From positions 1-62,727 of the forward strand of contig JAQGDQ010001100.1 in the NCBI GenBank assembly GCA_030141605.1: 62,727 bases of DNA, read 5' to 3'. This DNA is from Tubiluchus corallicola. Lineage: Eukaryota > Animalia > Priapulida. The position numbers and the translations under genes are program-made. Shown piece after piece: positions 1 through 12,000 of this stretch; within the stretch, counting starts at the first letter, position 1, and every line of letters begins with the position of its first letter. A model generated the notes under the pieces. The model worked only from the letters and a program-made list of their open reading frames with translations. It was not told the origin of the DNA and made no database searches.

Positions 1-580
1 TCATTAGCAGGGCGCTGTAAAACTATATTAAATCATTTTAATACAAAGTGTCAAATATCATTAAAAGAAAGAGGAAGGAAAGATAATAAGAAACTAAAAC
101 CACATCATTTATTACCTAATGTCACACATTTAGTAGGACCAGGCAGTCTGGGAATATAATTTTTTTATATCTTGATCCATAAAAATGCTAGTGTAAACAA
201 TTGTAATATATTGCTTCTGTACAAAAGCTTACGTAACTTTATACTACCCTAGAATGAAGTAAATGTATGTATCAAGTACCGGCTAATCTGAAGAACAAAA
301 GAATTCACAGAAGTAAACGGCAGGTAGTCATAGATGTGGCAAATTGTCGCCTGTGTGTGTGGTAATTTTAATTAACTTAACAGCAGCAGCAGTGCCAATT
401 ACCACAGCTTAATTAAACCGCGTTCGTGAAAAGAGTTATTAAGAGTCTTGCAGAAGTCTTTACATTGTGTATAAGTGAGGTTTACTAGATTACAACTCAA
501 TAGTCCTCATCTTTCACAAATAATAAGTGTAACCATTAGACTTTATTAGAAACTATCATTCTCAGACTCAATAAATTCAG

Positions 581-684
<104 letters not shown>

Positions 685-978
685 ACCTCTTTCCCCCTCT
701 TTTGCAGTCTTTTCCTACTTCATCTTTCTCGTTTTGCAACACGAAACGTCTCAAAAGGCGACGTTTTTCCGAACCCAGCCTTTCTGACGATTCTAATCAA
801 GATTCGACACGCGTCTTGCAAATTCCGAAGTTGGCGTCGTTAACGCGTTTAGGGAAATCCAGGCGCTTTGGGGAGTTTTTCAACTGACATCTCTAGACTT
901 GTGTCATGACAAAACGATTAAGAGGTCTCGCCTGTTATATTAGAAATGAGAAAAAGAGTGAGAAGCAGAGACAGGGAG

Positions 979-1125
<147 letters not shown>

Positions 1126-1246
1126 CCTTAATCTTTTTTATATCGTACCGTAACATTCATTCACTTAAAAGTGTCCACAAGAGAGTGGTCGTAGATAAAG
1201 AAAAATAAAAATGGACCGCACCAGAATGGCAAATATGAAAGACGTA

Positions 1247-1400
1247 GTAAAGTCACAGGAAAAGTCAAGAAAAAAAATCACAATTTTGGCTAGGAAAAAA
1301 GTTACAGGAAAAAGTCGGGAATTTTTTTGGCTAGGGTTAGAGTTAGCCAGTGTCAGGGTTAGGGTTATTTCTTTTCACCCGTGACTTTTTTACCTGCATT
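1247..1400. mobile_element. Small MITE-like element with AAAAGTCA/TGACTTTT subterminal motifs and internal GGTTAG repeats (also copied at ~7930-8083)
   Basis: Repeated AAAGTCAC/AAAAGTCA at left, GTGACTTTTTTACC at right, AGGGTTAG motifs at 1333-1366; no TSD identified. Confidence 0.45.
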
Positions 1401-1673
1401 CAGGAAAGACAGCTGTCTATGAGAGACAGACAGCTAAACACAAAACATGTAAAGACAAACTAGACACATCATAGAATAATGAAGAGGCTGATGATGCCAA
1501 GAGAAATTGAAACAATGCTAATGAACAGGATGTAGCAATGAAAATAACGACAATAACGAAGTAGAAGGAGAAAAAAGGAGAGGAAAAAATGAAAACAACA
1601 TACAACTAAGTGGATGAGGACAATAATGCAGAAAAAAAAGAAACGCAACTCCAGCGATAATTAATAACATTAA

Positions 1674-2292
1674 AGCAAAGCCGGATCCAGTCTTAAGCTG
1701 CAGGTCAAAACAATCTACTCTTTAAAATATTGAAAGGAAACATACTATTTTTCAAAAATGACTTGCGTGAAAGAATTATTATCCCACAAATGTAATTTTA
1801 CTTTCGCGCCACTAGTTCTGCGCTGTTACATGCATTTCACCATCCGCTAGTTAGACGGGCACTAGCGCCTGCATTTTGGCAACGCATTGCACAAGAAACA
1901 GTTGGTGTAACTTTCAGTTCAGATGTGTTAGTTTGTGACGAACTACACATGTTCGACAGCTCATGCGTGAGCACAGCGGTAAATTTGAAATTTGATTTTT
2001 TATCTTAAAACTTCCCTAGTTTTAGTACAACACACGGAATATCTTACAGTAGCACTGTACTTCAATTTTCGTTTTCGCGAACACGTGCAACACGCTCGTG
2101 GAATATTTTAGCTGCTGAAAATTATATTAGTTAGTGATGTCGTCTGTAGTTAGGCTCGCCCCCCCGTTAATTACGTTTTTAATCTATTATTTAATTATCA
2201 GAAACGCTTTTGTAGTATTAATTGTGTTAAAATGTATACTTTTTTATCGTACTTGAAAATGGGGTGTATATGAAAAATCATCCTGTCTTCCT
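1674..2292 (+). mobile_element. TTAA-MITE family A, full-length copy (Kolobok-like non-autonomous DNA transposon)
   Basis: TTAA on both sides (1670-1673, 2293-2296); imperfect TIRs AGCAAAGCCGGAT / ATCCTGTCTTCCT; six further copies in the window. Confidence 0.85.
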
Positions 2293-2990
2293 TTAAAGTC
2301 ATAAAAATTTCAAAAAACTAATGCCGACAAGTATGAATAGACTGTTAGAATCTTGTCTAGGTCCTTTATATGCCCAAGTCTCTGTTCACACAATTACGAT
2401 CACTGGCTAGTCTCTTTCCCACCGACCCACTTCCCAACGTCCTCAGCCGTCTAGGACATGTGGTCAGTGGGACTAAAAGCTCCCCACTCTACTGCTCTCC
2501 GTCCACACTTGGTAAACATACTCGCATCCATTTGCATACAGAAGACCGTGCCGTTGCTATTGATATTGTATTGAAAGAGAAGACGCGTTCATGAATGGCC
2601 AGTATGGAATGTACTGACACAATTATTCCCACAATAATACAAGAGCCTGACACTTCATAATGAACTGGAGAAACTGTTGACATCTGTGTTATTGAAATCC
2701 TCAGCGTAATTATCTTCAAGTGCTCCATGAAAGCCATTGTGATAGTTCGTGATTAAGCCTCCAGGGAGCGCCACCTCGGACAATGGCGAGCGCTAGGGAT
2801 ATTGCGCGCGTGTTCATTAAATGTTACGGGATCTTCGGGTTTTTCTCCTGTGAGAAAATCTAAGAATGAGACGGATAAATGAGTGTCAATTTGTTTGCTA
2901 CACTGTAATTTGAAAGCGGACTTTATTAAGGGAAAATCCGATCGATCTTAAATTATAGTTCTGTATAAGTAGCTCTCTTTAATTCTATTC

Positions 2991-5100
2991 GTACCTAGGT
3001 CTCTATATCTGTATCTGTACCTAGGTCTCTATATCTCTATGTGTACCTAGGTCTCTATATCTCTATCTGTACTTGGGTCTCTATATCTCTCTCTGTACTT
3101 AGATCTCTTTATCTCTATCTGTACCTAGGTCTCTATATCTCTATGTGTACCTAGGTCTCTATATCTCTATCTGTACTTAGATCTCTTTATCTCTATCTGT
3201 ACCTAGGTCTCTATATCTCTATCTGTACTTAGGTCTGTTTATCTCTATCTGTACCTAGGTCTCTATATCTCTATCTGTACTTAGGTCTGCCTATCTCTAT
3301 CTGTACCTAGGTCTGTATATCTCTATCTGTACTTAGGTCTCTATATCTCTATCTGTACTTAGGTCTCTATATCTCTACCTGTACCTAGGTCTGTATATCT
3401 CTATCTGTACCTAAGTCTCTATATCTCTATCTGTACTTAGGTCTGTTTATCTCTATCTGTACCTAGGTCTCTATATCTCTATCTGTACTTAGGTCTGCCT
3501 ATCTCTATCTGTACTTAGGTCTCTATATCTCTATCTGTACTTAGGTCTCTATATCTCTACCTGTACCTAGGTCTGTATATCTCTATCTCTACCTGTACCT
3601 AGGTCTGTATATCTCTATCTGTACCTAGGTCTCTATATCTCTATCTGTACTTAGGTCTGCCTATCTCTATCTATACCTAGGTCTCTATATCTCTATCTGT
3701 ACTTAGGTCTCTATATCTCTACCTGTACCTAGGTCTGTATATCTCTATCTGTACCTAGGTCTCTATATCTCTATCTGTACTTAGGTCTGCCTATCTCTAT
3801 CTGTACCTAGGTCTCTATATCTCTACCTGTACTTAGGTCTCTATATCTCTACCTGTACCTAGGTCTCTGTAACTGTATCTGTGTCTGTATATCTCTATCT
3901 GTACCTAGGTCTCTATATCTCTATCTGTACTTAGGTCTGCCTATCTCTACCTGTACTTAGGTCTCTATATCTCTATCTGTACTTAGGTCTCTATATCTCT
4001 ATCTGTACCTAGGTCTCTATATCTCTATGTGTACCTAGGTCTCTATATCTCTATCTGTACCTAGGTCTCTGTACTTATCTGTTGTTCTGTATCTCTATCT
4101 GTACCTAGGTCTCTATATCTCTATCTGTACTTAGGTCTGTATATCTCTATCTGTACCTAGGTCTCTATATCTCTATCTGTACTTAGGTCTGTTTATCTCT
4201 ATCTGTACCTAGGTCTCTATATCTATCTGTACTTAGGTCTGCATATCTCTATCTGTACTTAGGTCTCTATATCTCTATCTGTACTTAGGTCTCTATATCT
4301 CTACCTGTACCTAGGTCTGTATATCTCTATCTCTACCTGTACCTAGGTCTGTATATCTCTATCTGTACCTAGGTCTCTATATCTCTATCTGTACTTAGGT
4401 CTGCCTATCTCTATCTATACCTAGGTCTCTATATCTCTATCTGTACTTAGGTCTCTATATCTGTATCTGTACCTAGGTCTCTATATCTCTATGTGTACCT
4501 AGGTCTCTATATCTCTATCTGTACTTAGGTCTGCCTATCTCTATCTGTACCTAGGTCTCTATATCTCTACCTGTACCTAGGTCTCTGTAACTGTATCTGT
4601 GTCTGTATATCTCTATCTGTACCTAGGTCTCTATATCTCTATCTGTACTTAGGTCTGCCTATCTCTACCTGTACTTAGGTCTCTATATCTCTATCTGTAC
4701 TTAGGTCTCTATATCTCTATCTGTACCTAGGTCTCTATATCTCTATCTGTACTTAGGTCTCTATATCTCTATCTGTACCTAGGTCTCTGTAACTGTATCT
4801 GTGTCTGTGTATCTGTATCTCTACCTGTACCTAGGTCTCTATATCTCTATCTGTACTTAGGTCTGTATATCTCTATCTGTACCTAGGTCTCTATATCTCT
4901 ATCTGTACTTAGGTCTCTATATCTCTACCTGTACCTAGGTCTGTATATCTATCTGTGCCTAGGTCTCTATATCTCTATCTGTACTTAGGTCTCTATATCT
5001 CTATCTGTACTTAGGTCTCTATATCTCTATCTGTACATAGGTCTCTATACCTCTATCTGTACATAGGTCTCTGTAACTGTATCTGTGTCTGTGTATCTGT
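2991..5100. repeat. 26-bp minisatellite array, unit GTACCTAGGTCTCTATATCTCTATCT, about 80 units
   Basis: Directly visible tandem units with C/T variants. Confidence 0.97.
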
Positions 5101-5464
5101 ATATATATGTCTGTGTCTACATATTTATACGTGTCCAGTGTTCAGTATCCTATACTTGTGTGTATTGTCGGGACAATTGTCCTATTTCGTTTTCGAATTA
5201 GGCACAAACTAATCTGGAACTATGTAACTATATTCTTGATAACCAGTTGTATATATATGTTCTCAATTGTATTTTTTGCACATCAATAATATTATTATAT
5301 GTCAATCCACTTAAAATCAATAAAGTTTTTATAAATCTGGAACTGTTTGAAAAGTCGAAACATGCTAACAAATAAGACAACACCTAAATTTGAAAGACAA
5401 ACTAGAGGGCATTAAGAAGCCAGATTATAACAAAGTTAAGAACTACAAAGCGCAAACGGCTGTT

Positions 5465-5509
<45 letters not shown>

Positions 5510-5510
<1 letters not shown>

Positions 5511-5586
5511 CTGGCCTATGTAATTATTGTGGTTACACACACATATATATATACCTTTTGTAACCACAATAATTACATAGGCCAGT
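5510..5586. repeat. Perfect 28-bp inverted repeat with 21-nt spacer next to (AT)n
   Basis: ACTGGCCTATGTAATTATTGTGGTTACA (5510-5537) / TGTAACCACAATAATTACATAGGCCAGT (5559-5586). Confidence 0.92.
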
Positions 5587-6539
5587 AGAATACGTGTAAG
5601 TTAATCGATAAACCTAATCAATCTTTGCCTGCGTTTAATGAAAAATGTATCAATAGAAACTGCTAATGATTGTTTTAGATTGGACTGACCCTTACAGAAA
5701 GGTGTGGACAAGGGGCGCTGATTATTGCTGCAAATATTGAATGAAATTAAGCGACTACTACTGAATAGTGAATATGCTCTGCCTAGGGTTACCTACGATA
5801 AAATCCATATAGATAATTACCAACTCAGTAAGTGTTAATAATTTTCCCTAATGTGTCTACCTATATGGGGTATAATATCATTTCGGCGCAAGCAGGAGAT
5901 GAAAGGCATGAGCAAAAGAAAGGTAATTTGGCTCAGGTAACGCGGTTGCCTGCTAAAAGAATGGTTAATTTGAAAAATTTGCAACATTGCTTTAAATTTT
6001 TTAAATCGTTATTGTAATGATCAAAAGTTATTTTGAAAAAAGCTATTATTTTTTGAAAATGTATTAATATGCAGAAATAAAAACGTTTCTAGAAAAATAA
6101 ACGCGAGACGTGAAGGTTAAAGTCTACAATAACTAAGCTTTTTTAAAAAAGCTGTTTTTGCTGTTGATTTGGCTTCTTTCGGAGTGTAGCGATTAGAATG
6201 AAACAAGGAACTTCCCGACTGCATGGCTTCCCTAGTAATCCTATCTACCTCTTTACAGATCGTGTTTTAACAACAATGATTAGAATGGCATGATTTGATG
6301 GTATTAAATCAGATCCTAGTCAGAAGCTATTTCAAAAATGCACAAATACTTCCTGACAAAATTCAGCTTCACCCATATATTCTGAGTTTATGATGATACT
6401 GGCAGTAAAAATGCAAAAACTAAGGAAAAAAGTTTACTAAACTTTGTCTTGATTTGTAGAGCGTCGTTTCACTTAAAGTTAACCACTGGGTCTTAAATAG
6501 AGTTTAAAGGTAAGAGACAAAGACTTTGTGTGAATGAAA

Positions 6540-6723
6540 AAGAGAAGATGAAAGACATGTAGATAAGATAGAGAAACTTCCCAGGAATTTGAGAGAGTGA
6601 GAGAAATAGAAAGGAAGAGAAAGAGGGGGAAGGAGAGAAAGGGAAGGAGACAGACAGACATGCAGACAGACAAAGGGGGAAAGAAGAGAGACAGACAGAC
6701 AGGCAAACAGACAGAGGGGGGAA

Positions 6724-6781
<58 letters not shown>

Positions 6782-7042
6782 AGGAGAGGAGAGGAGAGGA
6801 GAAGAGAGGAGAGGAGAGGAGAGGAGAGAAGAGAAGAGAGAGGGACACAGACAGTGGGACAGACAGACAGACAGACAGAGGAGGAAGGGGAAGAGAGAAA
6901 GAGAAAGGGGGGAAGAGAGGAACAGAAGAGAGAGAGAGAGAGAGAGAGAGAAAATAAGGAGGAGAAAAAAGAGGAGAGGGAGAGAAAGAGAGAAAGAACA
7001 GAGATGAGAAGGAAGAGAAGAGAAGAGAGAAGAAAGAGAGAG
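6540..7042. repeat. Polypurine GA-rich compound microsatellite
   Basis: (GA)n, (GAGGA)n and (GACA)n blocks. Confidence 0.95.
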
Positions 7043-7845
7043 ATTGCATTACAACTTTTTATTGCACTCTTTCAGCTTTAAGCATTGCGACATTTTCACT
7101 TTAGGGATTGCATTGCAATTTTTTATTGCACTCTTTCAGCTTTAAGCATTGCGACATTTTCACTTTAGGGATTGCATTGCAATTTTTTATTGCACTCTTT
7201 CAGCTTTAAGCATTGCGATATTTTCACTTTAGGGATTGCATTACAACTTTTTATTGCACTCTTTCAGCTTTAAGCATTGCGACATTTTCACTTTAGGGAT
7301 TGCATTGCAATTTTTTATTGCACTCTTTCAGCTTTAAGTATTGCGACATTTTCACTTTAGGGATTGCATTGCAATTTTTTATTGCACTCTTTCAGCTTTA
7401 AGCATTGCGACATTTTCACTTTAGGGATTGCATTACAACTTTTTATTGCACTCTTTCAGCTTTACGCATTGCGACATTTTCGCTTTAGCGGTTGCTTTGC
7501 AACTTTTTATTGCACTTTTGCGGCTTTACGCATTGCGACATTTTCGCTTTAGCGGTTGCATTACAACTTTTTATTGCACTCTTTCAGCTTTAAGCATTGC
7601 GACATTTTCACTTTAGGGATTGCATTGCAATTTTTTATTGCACTCTTTCAGCTTTAAGCATTGCGACATTTTCACTTTAGGGATTGCATTGCAATTTTTT
7701 ATTGCACTCTTTCAGCTTTAAGCATTGCGACATTTTCACTTTAGGGATTGCATTACAACTTTTTATTGCACTCTTTCAGCTTTAAGCATTGCGACATTTT
7801 CACTTTAGGGATTGCATTGCAATTTTTTATTGCACTCTTTCAGCT
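7043..7845. repeat. 64-bp minisatellite, 12.5 units
   Basis: Unit ATTGCATTGCAATTTTTTATTGCACTCTTTCAGCTTTAAGCATTGCGACATTTTCACTTTAGGG starting at 7043, 7107 ... 7811. Confidence 0.98.
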
Positions 7846-8204
7846 CTTCATTATTCTATGATGTGTCTAGTTTGTCTTTACATGTTTTGTGTTTAGCTGT
7901 CTGTCTCTCATAGACAGCTGTCTTTCCTGAATGCAGGTAAAAAAGTCACGGGTGAAAAGAAATAACCCTAACCCTGACACTGGCTAACTCTAACCCTAGC
8001 CAAAAAAATTCCCGACTTTTTCCTGTAACTTTTTTCCTAGCCAAAATTGTGATTTTTTTTCTTGACTTTTCCTGTGACTTTACTACGTCTTTCATATTTG
8101 CCATTCTGGTGCGATCCATTTTTATTTTTCTTTATCTACGACCACTCTCTTGTGGACACTTTTAAGTGAATGAATGTTACGATACGATATAAAAAAGATT
8201 AAGG

Positions 8205-8293
<89 letters not shown>

Positions 8294-9197
8294 TCTCTCT
8301 CTCTCTGCTCCCTGTCTCTGCTTCTCACTCTTTTTCTCATTTCTAATATAACAGGCGAGACCTCTTAATCGTTTTGTCATGACACAAGTCTAGAGATGTC
8401 AGTTGAAAAACTCCCCAAAGCGCCTGGATTTCCCTAAACGCGTTAACGACGCCAACTTCGGAATTTGCAAGACGCGTGTCGAATCTTGATTAGAATCGTC
8501 AGAAAGGCTGGGTTCGGAAAAACGTCGCCTTTTGAGACGTTTCGTGTTGCAAAACGAGAAAGATGAAGTAGGAAAAGACTGCAAAAGAGGGGGAAAGAGG
8601 TAGGGAGAGAAAGATTACTGAATTTATTGAGTCTGAGAATGATAGTTTCTAATAAAGTCTAATGGTTACACTTATTATTTGTGAAAGATGAGGACTATTG
8701 AGTTGTAATCTAGTAAACCTCACTTATACACAATGTAAAGACTTCTGCAAGACTCTTAATAACTCTTTTCACGAACGCGGTTTAATTAAGCTGTGGTAAT
8801 TGGCACTGCTGCTGCTGTTAAGTTAATTAAAATTACCACACACACAGGCGACAATTTGCCACATCTATGACTACCTGCCGTTTACTTCTGTGAATTCTTT
8901 TGTTCTTCAGATTAGCCGGTACTTGATACATACATTTACTTCATTCTAGGGTAGTATAAAGTTACGTAAGCTTTTGTACAGAAGCAATATATTACAATTG
9001 TTTACACTAGCATTTTTATGGATCAAGATATAAAAAAATTATATTCCCAGACTGCCTGGTCCTACTAAATGTGTGACATTAGGTAATAAATGATGTGGTT
9101 TTAGTTTCTTATTATCTTTCCTTCCTCTTTCTTTTAATGATATTTGACACTTTGTATTAAAATGATTTAATATAGTTTTACAGCGCCCTGCTAATGA
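7844..9197 (-). repeat. Right arm of large inverted duplication (may extend beyond 9197)
   Basis: Reverse complement of 1-1486; differs in microsatellite lengths and at least two substitutions. Confidence 0.97.
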
Positions 9198-9427
9198 TAA
9201 ATTAGGTTCTATAAGCATAAATAAATGTGAAACTTGCTAGAATTTTTTGTTTTCATAATATAATATGCCATACTATCTTCATATTATCAAAGTTTTCAAA
9301 TGAACATCAATTTGATGTCTATGTACAATTTCTAATGTGAAAGAAAATTGCAATGTCTGAAAATTTTTGCCTTTACCCGGATTTGAACTCAATTACTCCG
9401 AATCCAGACAGCACTGCAAATCATTTA

Positions 9428-9880
9428 ATGGGGAAGAAAAGGGGAACTTTCCAAACACAGTTATATTACTTAGCATTGTGTTTACCTTGTTTGAAAGACA
9501 CATAATTGAAAAATAAAATTCTGAATAATTTAAATTGTTCACAGCACCTGGTAAAATGGTACTGTTTTACCGTCCCAGTGTGCACCACTGGCTCACCAAA
9601 ATCATGTTATTAATCTTATTGACAAAATTCTTGAACTTTTTCTTAGTTAGTGAAGCGTGCGCTACGAATTTTCTAAAAAAATTCAAAATTTACTCAATGT
9701 TATCTGAACTTACAATCAACCGACTTACCCTTAAACTGGCTGCGTCTAACGGTCATCACGGGAGTTTATACAGCGTTACTGCTAAAGCAAGCTCTGTGTG
9801 CAACAAGGCAGTATGTTGACGATACAAGGTTTCAAGAGGAATTTCTTAAGCTTTATATATGAAGAGTGTTTTCTTGGGCT
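9428..9880 (+). mobile_element. TTAA-MITE family B, diverged 5'-truncated copy
   Basis: Colinear with 54930-55441 (GGGGAAGAAAA, ACTTAGCATT, GTGCACCACT, GGTCATCACGGGAGTTT). Confidence 0.75.
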
Positions 9881-10689
9881 TTAGCCACTTGAAAACTTTA
9901 GTATTTTAGTCTGAGATATTGACTCTATCTGAATAAACTATTAGATGGTTAGAATTCACGAAGCCTTACAAATGGATAAAACTAAGATCCCTGCAGTCAA
10001 GATAATCTCTAATAATGAAGCTTTGATGTACTTATAGGCTTCCCTCTGTGTTTCAATAGCAGCTCTGATGACTTAATTACAAAATTTGAGCTCAAGACCA
10101 TCCAGCAGCTGCCATTTTTGGTGCCTCTGAGCTCTTCACTGTGAGTAATCCTCATCATCCGGTCGGGTACGCCCAAATCTCATTTGCATATGCAATGTAT
10201 GGCTTCACTGACCAGCTCAATAGTTCGAGTAAACTTTGAGAAGCCTATTACATTGTATGTTGGAGTAGGGCGGATCTACACGTGTAGGAGCAAACCATAT
10301 TGACAACGAGGAAGGGGCGACAACTGTCGTACAAACTTGTTAGCTAATTACAATGTATACTGGAGTAGGGCGGATCTACGATGGGGAGGAAACCTACCGA
10401 GTCCCTTAACTGCACTTTTTTCGGCCACTTCCTGGCAAAGATCTTTGGAAATTCTGCCGAATGTTTCTTTTTTCAAGGTATCCTTCTCCCCCATTCTCTG
10501 ATTTATTCCATTATTTTCTTAGTTTATCAGTTCACACATTGCCTTGCTCTGTATCTTTTTCCCTCTTTCTTCTCAGTAACTCTTTCTCAGCAGGCTTAAG
10601 TCTTCCGTTACTTTCTATGTTTTGCTGCTTCACTGTAAAAGCCTATAGTCAGTTGAACAATGAACATTTTTGTGGAGCATCGAAGCATT

Positions 10690-11140
10690 TTTTTCATTAG
10701 TGTTTTCGACATTTCGAGAGTTGGGTCCGCGAAAATGTCCGTTAGAGGATGCTGTGGCACTCCTGTGAATTCTAAATACGCCTACTACACCCACCGTGAA
10801 CGGGCTATGCAGCCATTGTCAGCACCACCCCCGGCTCGTTCCCGTTCTCCAGAAATAAGAGGCATAAGTTTTGCAAAAAATGCCCGAAAATGGCTGTTTT
10901 TAGAGGTTTGTCGCCCCCCGTTAGTCCCGGTGGGCCCGATTCGAAAAATAAACCCCCAACGGCACGACACTAGATCGAGACTTTTCGTTTGATACATAGA
11001 TCGCCGCAAATGGTGCCGCCGTCGAAGCTGTAGCATCGAATCTTATATATATATCTATATATAACATACCACCAAAATTAAATACTGAAATCATGAAATA
11101 CTGAAAGCCGGCACATTTCATTCGTGTTTTCGGCATTTCT
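10690..11140 (-). mobile_element. CpG-rich interspersed element, HINE/DINE-1-like organisation (tentative)
   Basis: Direct repeat TTTCATTMGTGTTTTCGRCATTTC at ~10691 and ~11117; terminal hairpin (GAAAGCCG..CGGCATTTC) next to a (TA)n tract; single copy in window. Confidence 0.35.
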
Positions 11141-11489
11141 ACGTTGTCCTTCGCCCCTCGTTTGACATATTCATTTTCATTTTTAATAAGTTACTCTACT
11201 TGCAGCTGCAAGCCATTAAAATAGTAACCACACTTATGCTTTATATCCAGTCTAATATCATTTGTAACGTGCATTATTATAAATTGATGTATTAGGACTC
11301 ATACCTCTCTCATGAAGTGAAGGGCATTAGACCACGCATGCTTAGTTTTGCATGCTCTACAATAGCCAGCAATCCGTAGGTGGGCTACTGATGAACTGGC
11401 AAGGACGAGGCACCCTGCAGCTTACAGATATATTTATAAATGGGTAATTTATTCAGCCAGTGTTACTTCATTGAATGCTAAGTGGAAAA

Positions 11490-12000
11490 GTTTATTTCAT
11501 TCCACACCAAAGTGTTGGGTTTATTGTTATCCTACTTACAGACATACAGGCACTTTCCAGATCTGTTGATAAAATTTCCACAAATTTAAAATCGAAAATG
11601 ATCTTTCTGAAGATTTTTAGTAGAATAAAAATGCAAGGTAAACAAAGTAAGAACACATCTAGCCCTTGTGATGCAGAAGATATCAACTTGCCTGAGGTGT
11701 TTCCTCTCTGCAACCACACAAATGTATTGCAAAAAATGATATAAAATGCAGTAAAATACCGGATCAACTAACATTTGCTAACTTCACTATGAGAGTGCAA
11801 ATAGTCGTAGGTTGTTGATAATGTTTTAGATGCTTCATAAAATAAAATAATAACAACGAGGGAGAAAAGACAGCGCCTTGAAGAATACCTGTCACGCTCA
11901 GATACAGTTTTGGACGTTGTAGATTTGCTTTCCATTTTGAATTTTCCTCTACATGAAATTGGTGTGTTAGTATTTTTGACAATTTCATTAGTTCAACAAC
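11490..12000 (-). pseudogene. Decayed non-LTR retrotransposon (LINE) reverse transcriptase fragment
   Basis: Minus-strand translation TGILQGAVFSPSLLLFY resembles the RT motif GxxQGxxLSPxLF; downstream KLISSASQGL resembles the post-RT region; frames are disrupted. Confidence 0.55.

Noticed and set aside
784-826. Hammerhead-like CTGACGA...GACACGCGTC in the duplicated arms
   Set aside because: GAAA core is GACA and stems I and II do not pair convincingly
7043-7845. CRISPR-like appearance of the tandem arrays (also 20051, 47395, 59304, 61612)
   Set aside because: Units are contiguous with no unique spacers; eukaryotic context; no cas genes
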